The position numbers and the translations under genes are program-made. Source: a virus (Duplodnaviria > Caudoviricetes). Taken from it: 42,000 bases of DNA. The stretch is from positions 1-42,000 of the IMG/VR virus record IMGVR_UViG_3300046786_000257; one strand, written 5' to 3'. The notes under the pieces were generated by a model. That model was not told where the DNA came from and did not search any database. It was given only the letters and a program-made list of their open reading frames with translations. Shown here piece by piece: positions 8,193 to 17,004 of the stretch. Within the stretch, counting starts at the first letter, position 1. Every line of letters begins with the position of its first letter.

Positions 8193-9772
8193 CACAATTT
8201 ATAGAGGATGATGCATCTAGCTCTAATCAGATAGAGTTGTCAAATGCTGCTGACTGGTTTCAGTTTAAGAAAGAAAAAGAGCACTTTGATCCATTTGCAA
8301 TTGAGCTAGAAGAGATTAAAAAGCTTCGTGGGCTGGGTCCAACATTTAAAAGAAAAGTTAATCGTGATTTTGCAAAAGCATTCGACGGAATGGGCGGAAC
8401 TGGAACCCAGCAAAACTTATTAGCACAAGCAATTACTGGCTATGCAATGTTTGACCTTATTCAGCCAGTTTATAATTTAGAGTATTTATCACAGATTTAT
8501 GAAGTGTCTACATATAACTATGCTGCTATTAATGCAAAGGTTGCAAATATCGTCGGGCTGGGATACAGCTTTACAGAAACCAAAAAAACAAATGACGCAA
8601 TAGACAGCATTACAGATGATAAGCAGCTAGAGAGAGCACGTAAAAAGATTAATAAGCTTCGCCAAGATTTAGAAGAGTGGCTTGAGGCAACTAACGATGA
8701 AGATACATTTACAGAAACACTGATTAAGGTTTATACAGATTTAGAAGCAACAGGGAATGGGTTCCTTGAAATAGGAAGAACTGTAACTGGTGAAATTGGA
8801 TATATTGGACATATCCCAGCAAAGACAATGCGTGTTCGTCGCCTTCGTGATGGATTTATGCAATTGCTTTACGGTAAAGCTGTATTCTTTAGAAACTTTG
8901 GTGATACAGAGACACCTAATCCAATATTGGGTGCAGAAGATAGACCAAATGAAGTAATTCATTTAAAGAAGTATACTCCAATGAATAACTATTATGGAGT
9001 TCCAGATATCGTTGCTGCTCAGATGGCACTTGCTGGAAATGAATTTTCTGGAAGATATAACCTTGATTACTTTGAGAACAAAGCTGTTCCAAGATATATT
9101 ATTACAGTAAAGGGCGCTAAGCTTTCTCCAGAGTCAGAAAGAAAATTGCTAGAGTTTTTCCAGGTTGGATTAAAGGGCAAAAATCATAGATCTCTTTATG
9201 TGCCACTTCCAGCTGATAGTCCAGACAATAAAGTTGAATTTAAGATGGAGCCAATTGAGGCGGGAGCCCAGGAATCATCTTTCAATGTCTATAGAAAGAC
9301 TAACAGAGACGAGATCCTCTTGGCTCATAGAACTCCAATTTCTAAAATTGGAATCCCAGAAGGAATTAACCTAGCAGCAGCAAGAGATGCTGATAAAACA
9401 TTCAAAGAGCAAGTTTGTAAGCCAGCACAATTGAGACTAGCAAAGAAGATTAATCTAATTATTGGTGAAAAGACTGATGCTTTAATGATTGAATTTAATG
9501 AGCTTTCTCTTACTGATGAAAATACTCAGTCCCAAATTGACGAAAGATATTTAAGAAATCAGGTCGTAACTCCTAATGAAATAAGAATTAAAAAGGGCAT
9601 GATTCCTATCGATGGCGGAGATGAAGTAATTCAGATAAAGCCACAGGTTGCTGCAGATCAAGCTGCAAATGCTGGAAAAACAAGATCTCGTGATTCAGAA
9701 AGATCTGCCAATCAGTCAGATAAAACTGGAGAGGGCAGAAATGCCAAGGGAGACGGTCCAAAAGTCAAGTAG
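8189..9772 (+). CDS. Portal protein (HK97/PBSX-like)
   Basis: DLEATGNGFLE, EVIHLK..P.NNYYGVP, YFENKAVP, TPNEIR...PIDGGD motifs; position before the protease. Confidence 0.93.
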   Translation: MTQFIEDDASSSNQIELSNAADWFQFKKEKEHFDPFAIELEEIKKLRGLGPTFKRKVNRDFAKAFDGMGGTGTQQNLLAQAITGYAMFDLIQPVYNLEYLSQIYEVSTYNYAAINAKVANIVGLGYSFTETKKTNDAIDSITDDKQLERARKKINKLRQDLEEWLEATNDEDTFTETLIKVYTDLEATGNGFLEIGRTVTGEIGYIGHIPAKTMRVRRLRDGFMQLLYGKAVFFRNFGDTETPNPILGAEDRPNEVIHLKKYTPMNNYYGVPDIVAAQMALAGNEFSGRYNLDYFENKAVPRYIITVKGAKLSPESERKLLEFFQVGLKGKNHRSLYVPLPADSPDNKVEFKMEPIEAGAQESSFNVYRKTNRDEILLAHRTPISKIGIPEGINLAAARDADKTFKEQVCKPAQLRLAKKINLIIGEKTDALMIEFNELSLTDENTQSQIDERYLRNQVVTPNEIRIKKGMIPIDGGDEVIQIKPQVAADQAANAGKTRSRDSERSANQSDKTGEGRNAKGDGPKVK

Positions 9773-9789
9773 GTTTACTCAACCACTAT

Positions 9790-9818
9790 TTGCCTTTTTA
9801 CATATATGTCGATAAAAT
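9790..9818 (+). promoter_or_regulatory. Promoter TTGCCT-17-TAAAAT, probably leaderless
   Basis: -35 at 9790-9795; -10 at 9813-9818; ATG at 9826. Confidence 0.6.
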
Positions 9819-9825
9819 TAAGCAT

Positions 9826-11163
9826 ATGAATATCGAAAAATCATTGTGGGTTTCTGAGGGCGATAACATCGCTCTTTCAGTGCCTTTCACAAAAGTAAAC
9901 CGTGAACGCAGAACTGTATCTGGTTTTGCTACACTCGATAACGTTGACCAAACAGGCGACGTAGTAACTTCAGAAGCAAGCCTTAAGGCATTTGAAAACT
10001 TCCGTGGAAATATTCGTGAGATGCATACACCTCTCGCAGTAGGAAAATTAGTTTCATTTAAGCCAGAGACTTTCTATGATCCAATCTCAAAGAATTTTTA
10101 TAATGGCGTTTACGTAGATGTTTATGTTTCAAAGGGTGCACAGGATACTTGGGAAAAAGTTCTTGATGGCACTCTTTCTGGTTTTTCAATTGGCGGAAAG
10201 ATTACAGAGTCAGACAATGAAGTAAACAAGTCTAATGGAGAGCAAGTAAGATTCATTAAGGCTTATGATCTTATTGAGTTGTCGATTGTTGATTCACCAG
10301 CAAACGAACTATGTAATGTTCTTTCAATTTCAAAAGTTAATGGCCAGTTAGTATTTAAGGGCATTGCTACTGAAGTAACAACAGAAAATATTTTTTACTG
10401 TCCAGAAAGTGAATCTATTTTTATCTCAACAGAAAAGACTTATGTTTCACCTATTACTGGAAAGCAAACAGAGCTTATAGGTTGGGTAGAAACCAACGAT
10501 GTTAATAAAGCAAAAGAAATAGATAAGATTCTTGATTCATTTAAGAAGTCAAGATTACCGTTGCCTGAAAACCAAATCGCAAAACAGGCAAACGTAGAAG
10601 GAGGTAATGAAGTGTCAGATATACAGAATGATGATGTAGTCGTTGAAAAGTCTACAGATCTAGCAGAAGCACCAGTTGTTGTTGAAGAGACAGCTCCCGT
10701 TGCTGAAGAAGCACCTGTTGCTGAAGATGCACCTGCAGATGCAGAGGCAGAAGCTTCTACCGACTCCGTTGAAAAAGCAGTAGAAGCAGAAGATGCTCCA
10801 GCTGTTGAACCTGATTTTGCAAAAATGATGGTCGACCTTAAGGGCTTTTTCTCGGACACTCTAACTAAGGCTGCAGAAGTAAATGCTGCTCAGGTTTCTG
10901 AAATTAAAGAAACAGTTGAGACATTCAGCAAGAGCGTTGATAGCAGAATTACAGAGTTGGTAGAGAAGCATGCAGCACTTAGTGCAGCAGTAACAGACAT
11001 AAAGGGCACCATTGATGGTGTTCAGAAGCGAGTAGATGCCGTAGAAGGCGAAACCGCATTTAAGAAGTCCTCGGACCTTGGCGGGTCTCAGGAAGTAGTA
11101 ACAAAATCAAAATCAAAATGGAACGGTTCTTTCCTCGGTTCCGTGAATGATATATTTAACTAA
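9826..11163 (+). CDS. Prohead protease (HK97-like) fused to an acidic/coiled-coil scaffold
   Basis: VSGFAT..NVDQTGD, REMH, GTLSGFSIGG, ELSIVDSPAN motifs; Glu/Ala/Pro-rich linker and heptad C-terminus; start MNIEKS preferred. Confidence 0.9.
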   Translation: MNIEKSLWVSEGDNIALSVPFTKVNRERRTVSGFATLDNVDQTGDVVTSEASLKAFENFRGNIREMHTPLAVGKLVSFKPETFYDPISKNFYNGVYVDVYVSKGAQDTWEKVLDGTLSGFSIGGKITESDNEVNKSNGEQVRFIKAYDLIELSIVDSPANELCNVLSISKVNGQLVFKGIATEVTTENIFYCPESESIFISTEKTYVSPITGKQTELIGWVETNDVNKAKEIDKILDSFKKSRLPLPENQIAKQANVEGGNEVSDIQNDDVVVEKSTDLAEAPVVVEETAPVAEEAPVAEDAPADAEAEASTDSVEKAVEAEDAPAVEPDFAKMMVDLKGFFSDTLTKAAEVNAAQVSEIKETVETFSKSVDSRITELVEKHAALSAAVTDIKGTIDGVQKRVDAVEGETAFKKSSDLGGSQEVVTKSKSKWNGSFLGSVNDIFN

Positions 11164-11177
11164 GGTAGGTATAAAAA

Positions 11178-12227
11178 ATGAGCAATGAATTGTTAGAAAA
11201 AGCAATCGCCTCTGGTACCACAGCTACAGGATCTTTTGGATCTTCAACTGGCGGTACAGGTATCCACGTTGCGTCTGAAGACGGCAACGGCGGTTTACTA
11301 AACCCAGAGCAATCAGCTCGCTTCCTGGACTACATGTTTGATGCCACCGTTATCGGTAAGGTAGCACGTACAGTTCGTATGAAAGCTGATACAACAGAGA
11401 TTGATCGCATCGGAGTAGGCGAAAAGCTTATGAAGCTTGCAACAGAAGGTGACAACACAGGTACAAACGCTGCTGTTACATTCTCAAAGATTTCTCTCAC
11501 AACAAAGAAATTACGTCTTGACTGGGAACTCTCAACAGAGTCTCTCGAAGACAACATCGAAGGGCCAGATCTTGAGGACCACATCGCACGTATGATGGCA
11601 ACTCAGGCTGGTAACGACATTGAAGATGTAGTCCTTAACGGAGATACAGATCTTTCATCAGATGCACTTTATAAGGCATTTGATGGTGTTGTTAAGAAGG
11701 CTAAGGATAATGCACACGTTGTTGACGCAGCAGGTGCAGCGATTTCTCGCAACGTCTTTAACTCAGCTCTTAAGGCTCTTCCACGTAAGTATAAGCAGCG
11801 CAGAACAGATCTTCGCTTCCTCTCAGGTTCAAACTTGATCCAAGATTACTTATACTCAACATCTAACTCAACCAACTTCGCTAACCCACAGGATATTGCT
11901 TCAGGCATCATCCGTGGTGAGGTTGCACCAGTTTCAGGTCCAGCAGGATACGTAGCTCCATACGCATTTGGTATTCCAATCGTTGAAGTTCCACTCCTTC
12001 CAGAGACACAGACAGGTACATACTCAGGAGCTTCAGGTTCACACGGTGACGTTCACCTTACATTCCCAAATAACGTTGTTATTGGTATTAAGCGTGACGT
12101 AACAGTTTACCGTTTCTTCTGGCCACGTAAGGACTCAATCGAGTACACAATGTATACTCGTGTTGGCGTTCAGATCGAGCAGGCAGACGCTTGGGTAGTT
12201 GTTAAGAACGTTAAGGTTGCTAGCTAA
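11178..12227 (+). CDS. Major capsid protein (HK97 fold)
   Basis: GGLLNPEQ, ELSTESLEDNIEG, VLNGD motifs; position; strong codon bias (CGT, ACA, TCA). Confidence 0.93.
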   Translation: MSNELLEKAIASGTTATGSFGSSTGGTGIHVASEDGNGGLLNPEQSARFLDYMFDATVIGKVARTVRMKADTTEIDRIGVGEKLMKLATEGDNTGTNAAVTFSKISLTTKKLRLDWELSTESLEDNIEGPDLEDHIARMMATQAGNDIEDVVLNGDTDLSSDALYKAFDGVVKKAKDNAHVVDAAGAAISRNVFNSALKALPRKYKQRRTDLRFLSGSNLIQDYLYSTSNSTNFANPQDIASGIIRGEVAPVSGPAGYVAPYAFGIPIVEVPLLPETQTGTYSGASGSHGDVHLTFPNNVVIGIKRDVTVYRFFWPRKDSIEYTMYTRVGVQIEQADAWVVVKNVKVAS

Positions 12228-12250
12228 TTAATTAGCTAAATACTACAGAG

Positions 12251-12284
12251 AGGCCCCCAATTAATTTTGGGGGCTTTTCATTTT
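12251..12284 (+). terminator. Intrinsic terminator after the capsid gene
   Basis: GCCCCCAA-TTAATT-TTGGGGGC followed by TTTTCATTTT. Confidence 0.9.
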
Positions 12285-12294
12285 AATTTAACAA

Positions 12295-12303
12295 TGCTAT
12301 AAT
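12295..12303 (+). promoter_or_regulatory. Extended -10 promoter TGCTATAAT
   Basis: Consensus motif just after the terminator; SD AAGGAG and ATG 12333 follow. Confidence 0.65.
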
Positions 12304-12332
12304 TGAAGAACCTAGAAAAAGGAGAATTAAGT

Positions 12333-12725
12333 ATGTCGTTTGACACATTAAAGGTAGCCGAATTAAAAAAGATTGCAGAAGATTTCGCAGTCGATACAGA
12401 CGGACTAAAGAATAAAAAGGACATAATTGCAGCATTATCAGAAGAAGGTGTCACCTATTCAGTTTATGCAAAAACAGTAGACGCAATTGAAGAGGCAGCA
12501 GAAGAGATTGAAGTTTTGCCAAGGTTTGATTTAAATTCTCAGCCAGAGAATACAGTCTTGGTAAGAATGACTAGAGCTAATTTTAGATACGACGCTATGG
12601 GATCTACGTTCACACAAGAGCACCCATTTGTAGCAATGTCTGAAGAAGATGCTCAAAAAATATTCGATAACGAGGAGGGTTTCCGTTTAGCAACTCCAAA
12701 GGAAGTTCAAGAGTTTTATAACTAA
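12333..12725 (+). CDS. Hypothetical protein with an N-terminal Rho-N/SAP-like helical motif
   Basis: FDTLKVAELKKIAEDF...KKDIIAAL pattern; good SD. Confidence 0.6.
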   Translation: MSFDTLKVAELKKIAEDFAVDTDGLKNKKDIIAALSEEGVTYSVYAKTVDAIEEAAEEIEVLPRFDLNSQPENTVLVRMTRANFRYDAMGSTFTQEHPFVAMSEEDAQKIFDNEEGFRLATPKEVQEFYN

Positions 12726-12742
12726 ACGAAAACATATAAGAT

Positions 12743-13732
12743 ATGGCAGAGATTTATAAGGATCAAACATCACCAGTTAAAACCAAGATATTTTGGGGCG
12801 GGGAGATTGTTGATGCCGATAATGATATTGTTACGGCAATAGTTTATGACATATCTGAAGATGGTACTATTAACCCAGCTGTTGACCCAAATGTGCCAAT
12901 ACTGGAGCTAGATGCAACTAAAGTTGAAACAGATAGAGGCACTTACCAAATAGTAATTCCATTTGAATACTGCAGAAGAAATAGAAAGTTTAAAATTGAG
13001 TGGAGCTACTCTGTAGATGGAAATGAAGCTTCTCATATCTACTTTACAGATGTAGTTACTCCATATGCAAACCTTTCCGATATTATGGAAGATCTAAACT
13101 TTGGAACAGACCCAGGAGATCCTTCATACAAAACTTATCATGAGTTACAGATGGCTGAAAAGTATGCAAGAAAATTAATTGAGATTTATACAGCTCAATT
13201 TTTTTATTTATATGACGATAGACAAATTGTATATGGCAGCGGAGCAGATATTTTGCCACTTCCATTTAAGCTTAATGAGATTCATGAAGTTTATGAAAAC
13301 GATGTTCTTCTTACAGACAACATTAATAACGTATCTAATTGGATATACACACCAATCGTATCTGAGTCTGGATTTGGTATTAGAGTAAACAAACAGGACT
13401 TTGCCGATAATACTGTGTATACTGCAAATGGCCTAGTCCCTCCAAGTATTAACGATAGAGGATTTTCTGGGGCGTTTAAAAAAGACTATAGATATTCAGT
13501 TCAAGGTAGATTTGGATGGTCAGCAGTTCCAGATAATGTTGAAGAGGCATGTATTATTCTTATAGGTCAGTTCTTCGAGAAAGACACTGCCTGGAGAAAT
13601 AAGTATGTAAAGGGTATCAGCACATTTGACTGGAAGTTTGATTTCATGGAAGATGCACACAGAGGTACTGGAAACCTATATGCAGATCAACTTCTTTCAC
13701 CGTATGTGATTAATGGTATGTTGGCCTTCTAA
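12743..13732 (+). CDS. Head-tail adaptor with an Ig-like N-terminal extension
   Basis: ARKLIEIYT..FF and GRFGWSAVPDNVEEACIIL motifs; synteny. Confidence 0.75.
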   Translation: MAEIYKDQTSPVKTKIFWGGEIVDADNDIVTAIVYDISEDGTINPAVDPNVPILELDATKVETDRGTYQIVIPFEYCRRNRKFKIEWSYSVDGNEASHIYFTDVVTPYANLSDIMEDLNFGTDPGDPSYKTYHELQMAEKYARKLIEIYTAQFFYLYDDRQIVYGSGADILPLPFKLNEIHEVYENDVLLTDNINNVSNWIYTPIVSESGFGIRVNKQDFADNTVYTANGLVPPSINDRGFSGAFKKDYRYSVQGRFGWSAVPDNVEEACIILIGQFFEKDTAWRNKYVKGISTFDWKFDFMEDAHRGTGNLYADQLLSPYVINGMLAF

Positions 13733-14158
13733 ATGGATATAATTAATTCTGTACTCCCACTATATCTAGATGTTTATGTTCAAACTGACATTCAAGATCC
13801 AAATACTGGCGCAATTAAAAAAGAATGGAACTATTCATTAACAATACCATGTAGCGCTAAAGGTGTGATCAGTAACTCTACATCTGCTAGAAATAGTGAT
13901 AACCAGCTAATGGGAAGCAGATATCAAAATGAACAAATGGTGCAAATTAGAACGGTTTCTAAATTAAGCATCAGACATAAGATAACAAACATTAGAGATA
14001 AAAATGGCGTAGTTGTTTGGACTGAATTAGACTATCCATCAGATACTCCAACAGTGTTTGAAGTATTTGGAGTCACTCCAATAACAGACCCATTTGGCAC
14101 GATTCTTGGTTACAATTCTGTTGCCAAGAGATCGGAGAACCAGAACATTGGAATCTGA
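13733..14158 (+). CDS. Head closure (stopper) protein
   Basis: Size, beta-rich pattern (QDPNTGAIKKEW) and synteny. Confidence 0.65.
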   Translation: MDIINSVLPLYLDVYVQTDIQDPNTGAIKKEWNYSLTIPCSAKGVISNSTSARNSDNQLMGSRYQNEQMVQIRTVSKLSIRHKITNIRDKNGVVVWTELDYPSDTPTVFEVFGVTPITDPFGTILGYNSVAKRSENQNIGI

Positions 14159-14942
14159 TTTAGCATTAGTTCAAGCCTCTAGCGGATTAGAAAGATTAAT
14201 GGTTAGCGATGGTAAAGCTGGTCCTGTAAAAGAAAGTATGGTTGTACAGATCTCGGCATTTCTTTACTACCAAGCAAATGTAATGAATAGTCTTCATTCA
14301 AATAAAGCTTTTCATAAAATGTTTAGGGATACTCTATTTAGACAAATCGATAAAGATTTTGGGGAGTATGTAGATGCTCAGGCCAGAATGAAGCCGAAGT
14401 CGTTGCATCACGTGTATGAGTGGGATAAGGCTGGAATTCCTGGATCAAGACTCTTTAGTCTTTCTACTACAGGAAGCGACATGCTTTCTTTTGGAATTAA
14501 ATACAGCTTTAAGATGTCAAAGTCCGCAGTGCCATCAAGAAACAAAAAACAAAGACGCAGATATGTATTTAAAGAAAAGGCTAGGATTATGGAATCTGGT
14601 ATGCCAGTTGTTATATCTCCAAAGTCAGCTGAGAGACTAGTTTTTGAATTAGATGGACAAACAATTTTTATGCCAAAGGGTGCTTCAGTGACTGTAAAGA
14701 GTCCTGGAGGTAAGGCATCAAGCAATCAGTTTGGATTAATGTACTCCAGATTCTTTGCCAGCGATTTAGTTAATTCATCTATTAAAAGATCTGGGTTTAA
14801 TAACATATTTAATGCTAAAATTGCTAAAGCATTACAGGTCCCAACATCTATTAAAAAGATTAAGTATTCATTCTCTCCTAATGTGGTTAGAAAAGAAGCG
14901 GACATGGCAGTTGCACAAGCATTTGGAGGTGGGGCACTATGA
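14148..14942 (+). CDS. Neck/tail-completion protein (basic)
   Basis: Synteny; TTG start at 14148 behind GGAG (longest ORF starts at 14094). Confidence 0.55.
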   Translation: MESDLALVQASSGLERLMVSDGKAGPVKESMVVQISAFLYYQANVMNSLHSNKAFHKMFRDTLFRQIDKDFGEYVDAQARMKPKSLHHVYEWDKAGIPGSRLFSLSTTGSDMLSFGIKYSFKMSKSAVPSRNKKQRRRYVFKEKARIMESGMPVVISPKSAERLVFELDGQTIFMPKGASVTVKSPGGKASSNQFGLMYSRFFASDLVNSSIKRSGFNNIFNAKIAKALQVPTSIKKIKYSFSPNVVRKEADMAVAQAFGGGAL

Positions 14943-15448
14943 CAGTAGATTACAGCATAGACGCAGTATATGAAATGAGAAGACATCTTTGGGCTGAGCT
15001 TTTAGATAAAAAGATATTCATTTCAAGAGATTACTATAATGATTCAATAGGACAAGAGATAGTGCCAATTATTCCAGTCCAGCAATCCCCAGAGCTAAAT
15101 CAGTTTTTGAGCGGGAAAACCCATATAGTCTATGATAAGATAGGCATGTCATACGATGAGAACTGGATGATCTGTAATGAGAAGGTATTATTTACCCTAT
15201 ATTCTACAGACTATTCTGAATTAAACATTATTAGAAACTTAATGATAGATGTATTTAGAAGAATGGATGACTCTGCCAGAGACTTAAATGACTCTAGATC
15301 TACAAACCTAGTCAAGTTTCATAGCACTGTGATACTCGAAATATCCCCTACAGAGCCTTCAGATGAGCTTCAGGGCTTCTTATCCTGTGATGTGGTAGTT
15401 GAAGTTAAGTACTCAAGGATTGTTGATGGAGTAGGTAGATTCATCTAG
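14939..15448 (+). CDS. Tail terminator protein
   Basis: Position immediately before the major tail gene; size. Confidence 0.6.
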   Translation: MTVDYSIDAVYEMRRHLWAELLDKKIFISRDYYNDSIGQEIVPIIPVQQSPELNQFLSGKTHIVYDKIGMSYDENWMICNEKVLFTLYSTDYSELNIIRNLMIDVFRRMDDSARDLNDSRSTNLVKFHSTVILEISPTEPSDELQGFLSCDVVVEVKYSRIVDGVGRFI

Positions 15449-15449
15449 G

Positions 15450-15478
15450 TTGCTTTTTTGCCCTTAATCCACTAGAAT
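15450..15478 (+). promoter_or_regulatory. Promoter TTGCTT-17-TAGAAT for the major tail gene
   Basis: Resembles the 9790 promoter (TTGCyTTTT...TArAAT). Confidence 0.6.
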
Positions 15479-15541
15479 TGTACTAAGAGGAAAGCGCCTA
15501 GCCAGCAAATTGTACAATTTCACTTATATGGAGGTAATATC

Positions 15542-16234
15542 GTGGCAACACAAGTAGCAGGTAATGCTAAAAATATCCTCGTTGGTGCATCCCCACTATT
15601 CATTTCGAATCAGGATTCAACAACATCAGGTTATTCAGCAAAAGAGAATTCAGAGCCAGGCTCAGCAAACGCTGGAGCATTCGCAACTGGAACATCTTAC
15701 ACAGACACACTTAATGCAATTGATGCTTCAACAAGCACATTCGCATACCGTAACGTAGGTTACACAAACAATGGTCTTCAAATTACTTACAACCCAACAT
15801 ACGGTTCAGTAACAGTAGATCAGCTTCTTGATACAGCAAAGCTTTTCAAGGAGTCAATGGAAGTTATGATCGCAACAGAAATGTCAGAAGGTACTCTTGA
15901 AAACGTTCTCGTCGTTTTCGGTCAGCCATCAGACACTCTTACAACAACAGGAACAGGAACATCTAAGGTCGATACACTCGGTCTTGCAGCAGGTGCTCTT
16001 GGTGTAGCTCCAACAGAGCGTCAGCTTATTGCAGTTGGACAGGCTCCAACAGCAGCAGCTACAAAGGCAGAGCGTGTATACTATGCACGTCGTGTTCTTT
16101 CTGTACAGCAATCACAGTTCTCTCTTGCTCGTAACGCAGCAACAGTATTCCCAGTTAACTTCCGTCTTCTCCCAGACGGTGCTTATCAGGGCAAGGAATA
16201 CGGTGTAATCGTTGACCGTGTTCTTACAGCATAA
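15542..16234 (+). CDS. Major tail tube protein
   Basis: NILVGA, VGYTNNGLQITY.P, VDQLLD, FPVNFRLLPD motifs; GGAGG SD with GTG start; capsid-like codon bias. Confidence 0.88.
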   Translation: MATQVAGNAKNILVGASPLFISNQDSTTSGYSAKENSEPGSANAGAFATGTSYTDTLNAIDASTSTFAYRNVGYTNNGLQITYNPTYGSVTVDQLLDTAKLFKESMEVMIATEMSEGTLENVLVVFGQPSDTLTTTGTGTSKVDTLGLAAGALGVAPTERQLIAVGQAPTAAATKAERVYYARRVLSVQQSQFSLARNAATVFPVNFRLLPDGAYQGKEYGVIVDRVLTA

Positions 16235-16251
16235 TTAATATAATTTAATTG

Positions 16252-16284
16252 CAGAGACCCCCGATTCGTCGGGGGTTTTCTGTT
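16252..16284 (+). terminator. Intrinsic terminator after the major tail gene
   Basis: ACCCCCGA-TTCG-TCGGGGGT followed by TTTCTGTT. Confidence 0.9.
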
Positions 16285-16311
16285 GTACATATAATATGTA
16301 TATGTTATAAT
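16283..16311 (+). promoter_or_regulatory. Promoter TTGTAC-17-TATAAT with TG extension
   Basis: TGTTATAAT 16303-16311; SD AGGAGG before 16339. Confidence 0.6.
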
Positions 16312-16338
16312 TATTATACAATCCATAGGAGGATATAA

Positions 16339-16671
16339 ATGGCAAGTACAGTATATGATGTAGAAGAAATTCAATTACAAAATGGCAATGTCGTCAAACT
16401 AAAGCCTTTAACAATTAAAGAGCTTAGAAAGTTTATGGCAGCTATTTCAAAGACAGCGGACGCTACAACTGAAGATGAAACACTTACAATTTTAATTGAT
16501 GCATGTGCAGTAGCACTTGAAAAGCAACTACCAGATTTAGTTGCAGATCGTGACGCATTCGAAGATGTATTAGATGTTCCAACAATCAACCGTATCCTTG
16601 AGGTATGTGGTGGTATTAAGATGGATGATGCAAATTTGATAGCGGCAGCGGTTCTAGCTGGGGAGAACTAG
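16339..16671 (+). CDS. Tail assembly chaperone (gpG analogue)
   Basis: Between tail tube and TMP; VKLKPLTIKELRKF motif. Confidence 0.85.
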   Translation: MASTVYDVEEIQLQNGNVVKLKPLTIKELRKFMAAISKTADATTEDETLTILIDACAVALEKQLPDLVADRDAFEDVLDVPTINRILEVCGGIKMDDANLIAAAVLAGEN

Positions 16672-17000
16672 ATCTAGCTGCTTTAGAAGGAGAAGTTTTT
16701 CTCCTTGGTCATTGGAAGAGTTACGAAGAACTTGAAGACAATCTTTCAATGCCAGAACTGGTTCAAACTCTCAAAGCTATACAAAAGAAAGAATCAGAAA
16801 ATAGAAAGTTTCTAGCATCAATGCAAGGTGTTGATCTAGAAGAAGAAGTACAAGAAGAAAAAGGTTCTACCTTTGAAGATGTTCGAAGAAGAGCTCTTGG
16901 AATTGAAGCCACACAAGATGATGTTGTTTCACTACAAGGACAATTCGCAGCGGAAGCTGGATTCGGAATCAATGCAGGGTTAGGATACTCGAAGGAGTAA
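16629..17000 (+). CDS. Tail assembly chaperone frameshift extension (gpT analogue; fusion 16339-17000)
   Basis: -1 frame reads ...SWGELDLAALEGEVFLLGHWKSYEELEDNLSMPEL...; ATG 16749 lacks an SD. Confidence 0.8.
   Translation, partial: CKFDSGSGSSWGELDLAALEGEVFLLGHWKSYEELEDNLSMPELVQTLKAIQKKESENRKFLASMQGVDLEEEVQEEKGSTFEDVRRRALGIEATQDDVVSLQGQFAAEAGFGINAGLGYSKE
16632..16638 (+). other. Programmed -1 frameshift slippery site A AAT TTG
   Basis: XXXYYYZ heptamer in the correct phase; the -1 frame is open from 16629 to 17000. Confidence 0.65.
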
Positions 17001-17004
17001 ATGG

